Positions 13,599-26,769 of a DNA stretch of 64,000 bases are shown here, piece by piece. A model generated the notes under the pieces. It was not told where the DNA came from and did no database searches. It worked only from the letters and a program-made list of their open reading frames with translations. The DNA is taken from NCBI GenBank assembly GCA_028534125.1, contig CM052816.1, forward strand, positions 57,166,001-57,230,000, in the 5' to 3' direction. The DNA comes from Lama glama. Taxonomy: Eukaryota. Numbering within the stretch: position 1 is the first letter of the stretch; each line of letters starts with the position of its first letter. The translations under genes and the position numbers were made by a program.

Positions 13599-14224
13599 CT
13601 GTCATTTCCACTATCCACAAAGGAAGGGTAGTCCTGGTCGTCAACAAAGGCAGCATTCTCTGGAGGATAGATGGTGTAGTACTGAGGAGGGCTTGGCATG
13701 GCGGCTGCCAACCCTCCAGACTGTAGGAGACCACACGGGTTCACCACTGGCTGTAGGTAGGTGCTGTTCATCCCAATGGGCTCTTGAGAGCCATAAGGAG
13801 GAGGGATATACTGCACCACAGTGGCCCCATGGAAGGTGATGGGTTGGTTGATACCAGTGAAAACGAACGATTGTCCTCCTGCCGTCTGCTCCGAGTCCAG
13901 GACCCTTTCCTCATTTTCTTTGCACAACTGGCAGGAGAGCATTTTGAACTTGCACACGGCAATCAGGATGAACGTCACCCCCACTGACAGCAGGATAGGC
14001 CCAAGGAGCTGGGTCCATTCAAAGTGGGAGACTCCTTGGTATTTGATCCAGCCCATGATGGTGAACGTGATCCCCACCAGTCCCAGGAAAATGCCTGAGA
14101 AGAGCAAGGTGGCCCCTGCCTTGTCGTCGTCCGACACCTGGATGTCAGCGGTACTGGGTGTGTAAGGAGTGACCGAAAACACATTAAGAGGGAAATCCTC
14201 CAAGCGGGTGCAGCCCTGCTCCAT
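13599..14224 (-). CDS. TMEM174: Transmembrane protein 174, coding exon 1
   Basis: Translation MEQGCTRLEDFPLNVFSVTPYTPSTADIQVSDDDKAGATLLFSGIFLGLVGITF... matches mammalian TMEM174 as I recall it. ATG at 14224 is in strong Kozak context (acgATGg). Donor AG|GTATGG at 13599/13598. Two hydrophobic segments. Confidence 0.96.
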
Positions 14225-14299
14225 CGTCCTCATGCTTCTCGAGGGAAAAGGGAGTGTGAGAGCTCCTGAGAGCAGAGCAAAGGAATCACAGGTCCAGGT

Positions 14300-14375
14300 T
14301 AGTTATGGAAGAACTTTGGGCTTCCATGGTTAACAGAGTATAACATGCAGAGGTCTGAACTTTGTTTAGAAGAAT
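14300..14375 (-). promoter_or_regulatory. TMEM174 proximal promoter with HNF4-like sites
   Basis: TGAACTTTG (CAAAGTTCA) at 14356-14364 and GAACTTTGGG at 14311-14320, within about 150 bp upstream of the ATG. No CpG island. Motif match only. Confidence 0.4.
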
Positions 14376-15995
14376 AAAGGTCTGGGAAATGAAGCCTGAA
14401 GTTTTCTCATGTTGTCAATAATTGGACACCTCAGATTTGCAATTCAATGACAAGCACTATCTCATCCACATTCATTCATTCAGCTCCTTCAAAACCCCAT
14501 TTTCTGTGTTAGGAGGCACTTATCTAGATGCTTTAGACACTGTTCTAAGGCTGTATGCAGCCTACCAAAATCAAGACTGGGGAAAGGCAGAGGACCTCCA
14601 GGGCCTCTGGTGGTGCAGGGGCCCTTGATATGTCCACCACACGCTCAAGAATCTAACCCAGCTTTCCTGCAGGGCAGCCGACTAGAAATAGGCAGATACC
14701 TGTTTCATGACTGTCTGTGTTTTCCTTCGCACCTCAGGCATCTCTAGTTGTGATGACACTTAAACTTTCGTAGGAACTCTCGCAAAGCTCTGAGGTCCTG
14801 TTCTTTCCTGACCAGCTTCAAGGGCCCTTGCTTTGAACATCTGGGGAATAATGCCAGCTGTAGGAGAGGAAGGACAGCCTAGGAAGCCTCTCCATGCACC
14901 ACACCATTGGCAGAGCATAAAGTCTGACCTGAGGTCTCAGGGACACGTACTTCAGACCCTTGCGCAGTGGTGAGAGTGCAGTCCCTGGTTTCCGAAGTGA
15001 AGCAAGCAGCTGCATTTTCGAGCCTGCTGTGTTTTGCAACCAAACCCAAGCTGATTTAGAGAAGAAAACTTGCCCTTCAATGTCATTAGCTGTCATTCGT
15101 AATTACAGAACTTCAGAACAGCCCCATGAAGTGCCTCCTCCACAGGATAGTCACTGTAGCCCTCTTTCTTTGCTAGACAGATTTTCTCCAAACAGGTGTC
15201 TCTCCACAAGTGGTTATTGTATCAGCTCCCTTTTGCAGGCGTGAGCTCAAGGTCTAGGAAGAGTTGCCCTCTTGCCCTAAGGCAGGGCTTCCCAAACTTC
15301 CCTGATGATAAAAATCATCTGGGGCATTTTTTTTTTTAAATGGCAAAATCTGAGTTCCCAACTCATCTCAACAGAACCAAAATTTCCAAGGGAGAGTAAG
15401 TGCCCAGGTGTCTCTTATCGTCAGAAATCTTTGGAAATTCTCCTCCAAGTTAATCCCAAATGCTTCTGGGAGACCAGGAGACTTTCTTCTCCTCCAAAAT
15501 GCCTCTCCTTGCTACAGGACAAGACTTGTGATCTTCAACTTCACTGCCAAACAGATGGGAAAGCAAGCAGGTGACCCCTCAGGTATCTCCCTGTGTGTGT
15601 CCTGGAGCTGCAAGGTTGGAGTGGTCTTGCAGTAGGATTGGTCTGCCCCTTTCCCCACGGAGCCAGACCAGATATCCAGGGGAGCCAGCTTTTCTCTTTA
15701 ACTGTAAAAACTCTAAATCAACTGGCCTGACATTCTTTTCAGGCTCTCAACCCCTGAGTTAACAGTTAAAACAGTCCCTGGCATTTAGAAAAACCTAGGC
15801 TCTCAAAATGATTCTTCTAAATCACTCAGTTTATGCTTCCCATAAACTGTCTTCAGCTACACTCACTTGCAATTAAGAAAACAACCGGGAACACTGAAAA
15901 GCAGGGGAGAGAGATCACCTTCGTGTCAACAGCCCATGAGTGCAAAACTGGAATGGCTTTCAGGGAAGACTGGTCAGGAAATGCTAAGTTATAAT

Positions 15996-18665
15996 TTCTT
16001 TTTATTTTATGTATTTTTTATTTAGGTATAGTTGATTTACAATATTATGTTAGTGTCAGGTGTACAACAAAGTGATTCAAAATTTTATAGATTATACTCC
16101 ATTTAAAATCATTATAAGATACCGGCTAGATTCCCTGTCCTATACAGTGTATCCTTGTAGCTCATTTACTTTATGCCTAGTAGTTCAGACCTCTTAATCC
16201 TCTACCCTGTCTTGCCCCTCCCCCTCCCCCTACTGGTAACCATTAGTTTGATCTCTCTGTGATTCTGTTTCTGTTTTGTTATATTCATTTGTTTTATTTT
16301 TTAGATTCCACATATAAGTGGTAACATACAGTACTTATCATTGTCTATCTGACTTATTTCTCCAAGCATAATACCCTCCAAGTCCATCCATGTTGTTGCA
16401 AAAGACAAATTTTCATTCTTTTTAATGGCTGAGTAATATTCCACTGTGTATGTAAATATATATTGGCAATTATAAATAATGCTGCTGTGAACATTGGGGT
16501 ACATGTATCTTTTTGAATTAGTGTTTTTGGTTTTTTCAGATTTATACCTAAGAGTGGAATTTCTGGATCAAATGGTAGTTCTGTTTTTAGTTTTTTGAGA
16601 AACCTCCCTACTGTTTTCCATAATGGCTGTATCAATTTATCTTCCAACCAACAGTGTACAAGAGTTCTTTATTCTCCACATCTTTGCCAACATTTGTTAT
16701 CTGTGTTCTTTTTGATGATAACCATTCTGACAGGTGTGAGGCAATATCTCATTCTGATTTTGATTTGCATTTCTCTGATGGTTATCGATGTTGAGCATTT
16801 TTTCATGTGCCTGTTGGCCATGTGACCTTTTGAAAAATGTCTATTCAGGTCTTCTACCCTTTTAAAAAGTGAGTTTTTTGTTTTTTGATATTGAGTCATA
16901 TAAGCTGTTTATATATTTTGGATATTAATCCCTTATCAGTCATATCATTTGCAAATATTTCCTCCCATGCAGTATGTTGTCTTTTTGTTTTGTTGATGGT
17001 TTCCTTTGCTGTGCAAAAGCTTTTAAGTTTAACTAGGTCCCATTTGTTTGTTTTTATTTTTGTTTTTGTTTCCTTTGCCTTAGGAGACAGATTAAAAAAA
17101 TACTGCTGTGATTTATGTCAAAGAGTGTTCTGCCTAGGTTTCCTTCTAGGAGCTTTATTAAGGTTTCTAGTCTTACATTTAGATCTTTGGTCTATTTTGA
17201 GTTTGTTTTTGTTTATGACATGAGGGAGTGTTCTAACTTCATTGATTTACATGTGGCTGTTCAGTTTTCTCAACACCACTTATTGAAGAGACTGTCTTTT
17301 CTCCATTGTATATTTTTGCCTCCTTTGTCATAAATTAATAGACCATAAGTGTGTATTGTTTATTTCTGTGCCCTTTATTCTGTTCCATTGATCTATGTGT
17401 CTGTTTTTGTGCCAGTATTGCAGTGTTTTGATTTTTGTAATTTTGTAGTATAGTCTGAAGTTAGGGAGCATGATGCCTTCACCTCTGTACTTCTTTCTCA
17501 AGATTGCTTTGGTTATTCGGGGTCTTTTGTGCTACCATACAAGTTTTAAAATTATTTGTCCTAGATCTGTGAAAAATGCCGTTGGTATTTTGATAGGGAT
17601 TGAATTGAATATGTAGATTTCCTTGAGTAGTGTTGTCACTTTAACAATATTAATTTTTCCAATCCATGGACACATAATATTTTTCTGTTTGTGTTGTCTT
17701 CAGTTTATTTCATCAGTGTCTCATACTTTTCTGAGTACAGATCTTTCACCTCCTTAGTTAGATTTATTTCTAGGTATTTTATTCTTTTTGATGCAATTGT
17801 AAATCCTAATTTTCTCTTTCTGTAAGTTTGTTGTTGGTATATAGAAATGCAACAGATTTCTGTATATTGATTTTTGTGTCCTGCAACTTTACCAAATTCA
17901 TTGATGAGCTCTGATAGTTTTTTGGTAGTGTCTTTAGGATTTTCTATGCATAATATGTCATCTGCAAAGTGTGACAGTTCTACTTCTTCCTTTTGAATTT
18001 GGATTCCTTTTATTTCTTTTTCTTAACTGCTTTGTATGGCTAGAACTGCCAATGTTATGTTGAATATAAGTGGCGAGAGTGGGCATCCTTGTCTTGTTCC
18101 CGATCTTACAGGAAATGCTTTCGGCTTTTCACTGTTGAGTACGATATTAGCTGTGGCCTTACATGTTGAGATATGTTCCCTCTACCTATTTCATGGAGTT
18201 TTTATCAACTGGAGGATAAATTTTATCAAAAGGTTTTTCTGCATCTATTGAGATGATCGTAATATTTTTATATTACAATTTGTTAATGTGATGTATCACA
18301 TTGATTGATTTGCGGGTGTTGAAAAATCCTTGCAGCCCTGGGATAAATCTCATTTGATCAGGGTGTATGATACTCTTAACGTATTGTTGGATTCAGTTTG
18401 CTAATATTTTGTTGAAAATATTTACATGTATGTTCATTAGCGATATTGGCCTTTAATTTCCTTTTATTTTGTGATATCTTTGGTATCAGAGTGATGCTGG
18501 TCTCGCAGAATAAGTTTAGACACACCTCATCTGCAAACTTTTGGGATAGTTTGAGAAGTAAAGCTGTTAATTCTTTTCTAAATGTTTGGTAGAAATCACC
18601 TATGAAGCCATCCGGTCCTGGACTTCTGTTTTGGGGGAGGTATTTTTTTATTATTACTGATTCAA
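15996..18665 (-). mobile_element. LINE-1, 5'-truncated (ORF2 3' part plus 3' UTR), degraded
   Basis: ORF2 C-terminal remnants [37 protein letters not shown] and [20 protein letters not shown]-rich tail at the left end. Confidence 0.93.
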
Positions 18666-21600
18666 ATTAATCTCAGTCTCTCATTGATCATTCAAATATG
18701 GCTTTTTAGCACATTAAAATGTATGTTTTGTTATGAGCACTCTTTTCAGTTTGGTTGCCTCTTTCGACCTAAATTTTTTTCAGCCACATCTGAAGTATAG
18801 CGCCACCTTCTTTTGAAGCACTCATGACACTGATCTTGCAGGACATTTCACGTGGTGTTTTATTGCTGGTTTGACTGCAGTTTTTAATTAGGATGGACTT
18901 TGCTTCTTATTAACCCTTTGTATCTATGCTTCCAGACTTTTTTTTCTTACAAGTTTACATATTTCATAGAACTGGAATCACCTGGAACTTCGTTATTCTT
19001 CAACTCTCTTTTGACCTAATAGCTCATATCATCTTTCCCAAATCCATACAACTTATTTTTTAATATTCTGACAAAGATAATTGTTTGATGCAATTATAGC
19101 TGGGAGTTTCTTAAGAGATATCAAGGTATCAAATAGAAATCAAGGATTAAGTTCATTTTTTTTGCAACAATAATAAAATTTATAATCTGAATAAGAATCC
19201 AGGGTAAACAAATTTTAAACTTTGGTAATGCATTCTTGGGGCAAGAGTGTAAGAAAACAGTCAACTTTAAATCTGATCGGTGACAGTATAACTTGATACA
19301 ACTTCTTTTTTTGGAGAGGAGCAATTTAGCAACGTCTATTAAAATTTAGAATGTCCATACAGTTGAATTCAATTGAATTATAGGATTATAACCTATATAT
19401 ATACTTTAGATACCTGAACAAAAGAGTATTTTAACAGAATAGATAACAAATCACTATCCTTGGGGAAAAAACCTAGTGGACTAGATAAATGAGTCATGGT
19501 GATAAATAACAGGGTAGCCTTGCCACTGTTTAAGAGTAAGGCAGGTCTCTATGAACAGGTGTGATAATCTCTAAGATATGTTGTTGATTGAAAAAAAAGC
19601 AAAGTGAACAGTGTATTTATTTACTGTGCTACCATTTGCAAAGGGAGAGAGGTAAACTTGTCATTGAATGAATGTGCATAAAATATCACTGAAAGGACAT
19701 AATAAATTGAGAAAGAGAATTGAGAGAATTTTCCAATTACATAACAAACTACCCCCAAGCTTTGTGGCTTAACACACAATTTTGTAGGTTGACTGAATTT
19801 TGCTGGGTAGTCACCTAGGATTACAGTCATTCATAAGCCCAGCTGTTCATTCAGTGGCGGTTGTCTACCAAAGCACCTACCTGTGGTCTTTCCTTGTGAT
19901 TTCTCCCAGCATGGCAACTGGGTTTCAAGAGAGAGTGTCCTAAGAGTGAGGGTTCCAAGAGTCCCAGGTGGAAACCACAAGGTGTCTTATGTCTAGCTTT
20001 CGAAGTCTCAGAATATCACTTCCATTTTATTCTGTTGCTCAAGGAAGCCAACCCAGATACAAAAGGAAGAGAATTAGATTCTTCCTCTCAAGGGGAAGAA
20101 TGTTAAGGTTGCAGTGCAGAAGAACATGTGGGATAAGACACATTATTGCCACTCTCTAGAAAATACAATCTTCAGGGGAACAGACTTTTCACTGTTTTGT
20201 CTGTGTTTCTGCTTCAATTTTTGTCCATGTAGACATCCAAGTATGTCCCACGATTTTAGATCAAGCATATTTGTCCACTCCGCTTATGGTTGGTTAGTAA
20301 CCTCATCCTTCTTCACTGGCAAGTTCATGATGGAACCTACATGGCGAACTCTGTTGCAGTCATCAGTAATGTCAAGTTCTGATTTGCCCTGAGTTTCTTG
20401 CATATTTTCACTGTTTTTCAGACTTAAACATCAAACTTCCGATTTTTAACCACCAATCCACATTCTTAGTTAAAAATTGTAATTTTGAAATGATTACAGG
20501 TCAAAGAGATGAATGAAAAGTGACACTAAAACCACAAAAACAATTTTTAGAGCTTATCAGAGAACTCTTACGGGAAATGAAACTAAATACAGTCACAGAT
20601 TTAACAAAACACTTGACTAAACACATTGTGGTGGGAAGTCAATTGCTTTGTGAAAGCTGCGTGTGTGTGATTAAGTGCCTTTTTCAAAAAGTTTGGTAAA
20701 GTGACAAATTTCCTCTTTCAAGAATCTAGTTGCTCAGGCCATGACCCTGCAGGATAACTGGTTTTGCCGCAGCGTGGGCCACATTCACTTTGACTTGACT
20801 ACAGATGAAATACCGCCGGTTCTCTAATAACAAAAAAGTCCCAAATATTTCAACCACTCAAAGCACAGAAAAGACAAAATCAAATAAAACAAAGCCATGA
20901 GCTTGGACAGCGTGGGAAAACAGCAATCTACTAGTTTTACTTTCAAATATGTGTCTCAGAACCCTTCAAGTTTTCCAAAATTCAGAAGGAATTTCTTCCC
21001 AAACATTTGGGTAGAAATGACACCATGTGGCTTCCCCTAACCCTAGCACACTGTGGGAGGGGGAGGGGAGTAGAGGGGGTTGGAGAGGAACAGAGAAGCA
21101 GCAGGATGGAGGCTGGATGCTCTGCTCTGCCCAGTAGGACTCTGTCACTGCCACCATCATCCTGCAACCGTGAGAAGATCAACAAAATCAGAAAAGATTT
21201 GGAGGGCATGATTGGGTTCTCAAGGAAACTGGTCCATGGGCTCAACTCTGCACTGAGCCAGAAGAGGAAAACAGGGTCAGGACACAAACTCCTGATCCTG
21301 CTAGGAAATCCAGGATCTAGACAGGTCCTGATGTCCCACAGAAGGCAGGTACCTCCTCCAAGACATACCTGGTCATTAGAGCTAGAGCATGGAAAGCAGG
21401 CAGCTGTCATGGAGAGAGGTGGCTAGGGTGCAGAAGCCATGCTCCAACCAGCTCTGCCCTCAGAACCGAAACTGCAGACTTTGGGGAACACGAGCAAGGC
21501 CACATGTGCTACTCGGCTGCACCCCGACAGGGACTCGTGGAGCGAGGACCAATGCACAATAAGGGCCTGGGATGGAATAGACATAGAACCTCCATCCTGA

Positions 21601-23291
21601 GAGATGACTCTGCACTTAAATGAGTGTCAGGTGTCTGTGAGTCAGTTGGAGGTACAGGGGGAATCTCAATAGCAGGAATTATCTACTGCTTACCTGTTTA
21701 ATTTACTTGAATTGCGTCTGTGGCGGCAGATGGTTATATTCATCTTTTACAATCAAAAGACGTGTGGTTGAATCATAGGTGTACTATCGCAGGTAGACAC
21801 AGTCATGTTGAAAATCAGAATGGTTCCCAAGTATTTTCCTTTGTTACAAGAGTATGGGGGCAGGGGGAGGGGAAGGGCAGGGAGCATTGTTGTGCAGGTT
21901 CTGTGCATTTATCCTGTCCTCTTGCTTGAGCTTCCTAGTATTCCAGTAAGGGGCATCTTGTTAGATGATTAATCTCAGGAACAGGGAAGTATGTTATCTG
22001 ACCAAGTAGCAGCGCAGGGGGACAGGCTGTTTTCCTACACTGGTTTCAAACTGCTCTTCCATGAAGGGCAGGCATGTGCTGACTAGCCGTCTGCTGAGTT
22101 CTTGAGTCAGGCTCTCTGCTAGGGCCGCCGGGACAGGCGGTTCTCAGGGTATTCTTCTGACAACCTTTAGATTTTTTTTTTCTGCCTGAACTGAATGTTA
22201 CCTTGATGGAGCTGGAATTTAGGTCATAGCCACTGACATTTTCAGCAAACAATAAGCTAAGCCTCCCAGGGGCCCAGCTCATGGTCTGAGGGTCTTCTGA
22301 TGGGGTGGGTCTGTGTGGGGCAGTAGCTCCCTTCTAAACTCAGAAATTTGTGTATTTATGGATTCACTTTCTATTGAGATAACAAACACAAACTTAGATG
22401 CTTACAAAGACCCTCATATGATAGTAAGTCAGACATCCCGACTTATCTGGAGGTTGTGGGAAGAATCTGTTTCCAGGTTCCTTCAGGCTGCTGGCAAATT
22501 CCATCCCGTGCAGATGCAGGAGTAAGGCCTGGTTCCTTGCTGGAAGTCACGTTCTGCTTCCACTACTTTCCTTCTTTTGTGGCCCTTTCCATCTTCACAG
22601 TGGCTAAGGCACTTCTTCAAATCTCTCTGACTTCTGTTCACCCTCCTTCTGCCTTATTCTTCTGCTGCAACAGCCACAGAAAGTCCTCTGCTTTGAAAGG
22701 CCCGTGTGATTAAATCATACTCACCCAGATAATTCCTTTTTAGGTGGGCTGTGCGTGTAACATAACACAATCACAGGAATGTTATCCCATTCACAGTTTT
22801 GGGGAGTGAGGGATGTGGAATTCTTTTTACAGGGTAAGACTTTTGTAGAATTCTCCCTACCACATTCTGATTCTATTGCTGGGAGCCACAGATTTATTTA
22901 AGAACCAGTGACTCAGCTAAGAATGACCCCACTAGGCGTGTGTTGTCTAGGTTTCTTGGACATTGCTAAGAAAGTGTAAGTAGCAACACTGCAATGGGTC
23001 TTATGGTCCTTACGGAGTCCAGTTTACTCTCATACAGTGGTTCTCACAGTGCTGTCCCAGGACCAGCACCTCAGCACCACCTGGGACCTTGTCAGAAATG
23101 CAAATTTGGGGCCCCACCCCAGACCTGCTGAATTAGCGGCTCTGGAGTTGGGGTCAAGAGATCTGTATTTTAACCAGGTGATTTTATTTATGTATTACTT
23201 ACTTACTTAACTTACTTAATTGAAATATGTCAGTTTACAATGTTGTGTTAGTTTCTGGTGTACAGCACAGTGATTCAGTTATACATATATG

Positions 23292-23391
23292 NNNNNNNNN
23301 NNNNNNNNNNNNNNNNNNNNNNNNNNNNNNNNNNNNNNNNNNNNNNNNNNNNNNNNNNNNNNNNNNNNNNNNNNNNNNNNNNNNNNNNNNN
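23292..23391. other. Assembly gap (100 N)
   Basis: Run of N inside the AT-repeat region of the L1 3' UTR. Confidence 1.
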
Positions 23392-23563
23392 GTATTTTTC
23401 TTTTTTTTTTTCTTGTTTACTTAACTTAGAATGACAATCTCCAGGTCTATCCATGTTGCTGCAAATGGCATTATTTTATTCTCTTTTATGGCTGAGTAGT
23501 ATTCCATTGTATATATACCACATATACAGTATTCCATATATATATAAAGAAATTGTGGGGTGT

Positions 23564-23564
23564 A

Positions 23565-23609
<45 letters not shown>

Positions 23610-23674
23610 CTCCATTCTTTTGTAGAAATATATATATTTCTACCAAAAAAAGTATATATATTTCTACAAATATA

Positions 23675-23713
<39 letters not shown>
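23564..23713. repeat. Compound microsatellite (CT)n(AT)n ... (TG)n(TA)n
   Basis: Directly visible, within the L1. Confidence 0.95.
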
Positions 23714-24174
23714 CCATTCAAATGTAGAAATCCATACATTTCTTTATCCATTCATCTGTCAATGGACATTTAGGTTGCTTCCATGCCTTGGCTATTGTAA
23801 ATAGTGCTGCTATGAACATTGGGGTGCATGTATCTTTTCAAAATTAGAATTTTCTCCAGATATATGTCCAGGAGTGGGATTGCTGAATATTATGGTAATT
23901 CTATTTTTAGTTTTTTGAGGAATCTCCATACTGTTTTCCATAATGGCTGCTCCAAACCACATTCCCACCAAACTGGGTGATTCTGATGCTTGCTCAATTA
24001 AGAACTATTTCTCTAAGGCAAGTCCCTACTTTCTTTTTTTTTGAGGAAATCAAAAGACAGAGATCAGATGGTTCATCTCTAAGATGACCTCCACTTCCAA
24101 CAATCTATAATTCTGTAAATATTATTAAAATGATTACACTATATAAACCAAAGAGTATATGTATACACTGTTGG

Positions 24175-24179
<5 letters not shown>

Positions 24180-24205
<26 letters not shown>
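24180..24205. repeat. (TG)n microsatellite
   Basis: Directly visible. Confidence 0.95.
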
Positions 24206-24827
24206 CTTACACATGCATAGTGGCTGAGAGTGAACCTGGACCCTGGAGTCTTTTCTGAGATCTAATCCTGGCTCCACCAATTCTAAATATGCAACTGAAT
24301 CAGCTGCTTAGATTCTCTGAGCCTCAGTTTCCTCATTTATGAAAGAGGCTAAAAACAGTACCTACTTCATGGGGGTACGAGGATCAAGCAAGATGATATG
24401 GAAAGAACAGGTAGCAGAGCAAGTTTAGCGACTAGCAGATACAATTATTTTATCTTGCTACATCTCTTTAAACTTCCCCGTTGGGTACTTGAGGAGCTGG
24501 GTCCCTGGTCAGGCTGGAGCACCCAGGCCTTTGTCAGGAGGTCCTGAAGTCATTGCCTGGGCTATAAGGATTAGCTACTACTAGGTCTGACCACCACGGT
24601 GAGCCTTCTGATTCTTAAGAGTCAGCTTAAGTCCTATTACTTCAAAGGAAGACATACAGGTGAAGTATGTACATGATCCTAGGACTGCATTTATCTTCTC
24701 TGGGAAGCTGAAAAACAAGGTGGAAACTACATATCTTAATGTAGAATTAGCTGAAATTTGGAGAGGGGCTGGAAACATAGGTCTTTGCTGGGGGTGTGTG
24801 CGTCTGTGTGCGCGTGCGCCAGTTCGT

Positions 24828-24860
<33 letters not shown>

Positions 24861-25009
24861 GTTTTGTATCTTCAGAGGAGCAGAAATCGTTAAGCCTGGA
24901 ACAGTCAAGATGTGCCGTTGTATGAAGTTTAGGTGAGACAGCATATCACTTGGGGGAACCAAAGCCACCCTCCCCTCCACGTCCCACCCTGACTTCCGAG
25001 CGCGTATCA

Positions 25010-25077
25010 GCCAAGCCTCACGAGATCTTGCCAAGCCTCGCGAGATCTTGCCAAGCCTCGCGAGACCTTGCCAAGCC
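25010..25077. repeat. 20-bp tandem repeat, 3.4 copies (GCCAAGCCTCGCGAGATCTT)
   Basis: Units start at 25010, 25030 and 25050, with a partial unit at 25070. At most one mismatch per unit. Confidence 0.95.
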
Positions 25078-26174
25078 GGCTGAGAGGCCGAGTGGAGATT
25101 AAGACCTTGTGGAACCAGAAGCATGGAAGAGAGGAGAGGCCCTGTTTCCTCCAAGGGGAACCACACTCTGCTCAACCTTCTGGGTAGTTCCTCATGGCGC
25201 TGATGTGAGAGAAAAGGCAGAGGCCACCCAGCGTGAATCGCTGCTGCCCGAAATGGAATCCATTCTCCAGGCGGTGACATGAGGGGCTGCGCCCCACAGC
25301 TGCTCCCCACCCGCAGCCTCTTCCCAGGCACCACATGGCTCTGTGAGCCTCAGTGCCACCAAGAGAGCATCTCAGCCTGCGAGACACTGCTCTGCTAATA
25401 GCCTCTAACAACCACAGGAACTCTCCGGGCAGGTTGCCAGCCGGGTTCTTTGCTCCCAGGAAAGAGGAGTTCGAGCTTGCAGATATCTGCACGATTTGAG
25501 GTCGATCTCTGGCTGAAGTCAAACTTCCTTACTCTTCTGTGCCTAGTGAAATGTGAGCCCGAGCCAAGGAACTCCTCTGCCCGCCTCCCCTAGGAAAATG
25601 CCCACCAGCCCCACAGGAGAGGTGAGCTCCCACAGTGAGAACTCAGAGGATCTGGGAGGTTTGGGGAAACCCTGGCAGTTCAGAAGGCAGAGGCCCAGAG
25701 ATGCAGTCACCACTGCTCTTCTAACACTTCATTTATTCCTCGTTAATATGCTCTACACATTAATCCATTTGGTCGCCTTCATGCAGAACAAAGTTGTACA
25801 ATTTGGGGGTGATTAAAGACACTTTGTTCTCCCTTCTGTCACTCTGGAAAGCCCACTGATCACTTGATTCCGGTTAGCTAGAATTCTGGCTAACACAGCA
25901 TTCTGCAGTACTAAACAATGTTCGTAAAATGTCCCCATGGAGGGAGCCTTAGAGACCAACACCCAGCACCATAAAGATATTTTTTTAAATAGTTCTGAGT
26001 AAAAAAAGAAAAGTCAAGAATAAAATGAAATCTATAGCACAATATAATGTAGTTAACTTAAAAATCCATACACAAAACAATACTCATATCTTATAAAACT
26101 ACAGACCTACTCAAAGATAAATGTCTTTCATATTGATGTGGTTGCCTGTTGAGAGAAAAGGGACCAGTGGCAGG

Positions 26175-26290
26175 AATGGAGAACACAGGAAGGGAGGGGG
26201 GAAGGAGAGAAGTGGGAGAAAGAAGAGGGGAAGGGAGGGAAAGGCAGAGGAGAGGAGAGGAAGGGAGAGAAGAAAAGGGGAGGGGAGAAA
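26175..26290. repeat. Polypurine (GA-rich) low-complexity tract
   Basis: About 100 nt consisting almost only of G and A. Confidence 0.8.
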
Positions 26291-26769
26291 CTTGCTGTGA
26301 CGATGGTAGTAGCAGACCATGTCTTGAGGAGTGTGAGTAATTCTACCCTCTAGAATGAAGTTTCAAAACAAAAGTTATAAAAAGAAACAAGCCCTAGTCT
26401 AATCTTTTCATTTTACAGATGGAGAAACTGAGGCTCAGAAAGATGAATTCTTTGGCTCTGGAGTGTTTTTGCCACTCAAAGGCTGAAACCAGGTATTTTG
26501 ACTCCTACTTCATTGCTCTCTCTACTACATCAAACTGCTGCACATGTACTTAAAATTCTCCATTCCTCCCCTTCTAGTGAGTCATTCTTGCTCTTACAGT
26601 TTTAACTAAAGATGTTGATCATTGCTGGCGCAACTCATACCCCCTCCTCAGGGAAGCTTCCTACTCTGCTGAAAGACAGTGGTCCTGCTGGACATCAGGT
26701 GGCCCAGCCCTCCTCCTCTTGAGATGAGCATTTTATCTGAGGGCAAACTTCCCATAGATTGAGGGAAGG

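Larger units (their letters stand above)
23184..23970 (-). mobile_element. Short LINE-1 3' fragment nested in a MER5A-like element
   Basis: L1 3' sequence ([23 protein letters not shown]) flanked by degenerate TSD aaccaggtgatt / aactgggtgatt. Confidence 0.85.
23035..24012. mobile_element. MER5A-like hAT-Charlie element split by the L1 (23035-23183 and 23971-24012)
   Basis: cagtggttctca...cagcaccacctggg...agaaatgcaaatt...ccccaccccagacct...ggtgattctgatgc...agaacta. Confidence 0.75.

Noticed and set aside
16301..18251. Multiple ORFs with L1 ORF2 similarity as genes
   Set aside because: Frameshifted fragments of a dead, truncated LINE-1.
25010..25077. CRISPR-like array
   Set aside because: Head-to-tail repeats with no spacers, in a mammalian genome, with no cas genes.
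24747..25334. 195-aa minus-strand ORF across the 20-bp repeat
   Set aside because: Non-ATG start, includes simple repeats, no coding signature.
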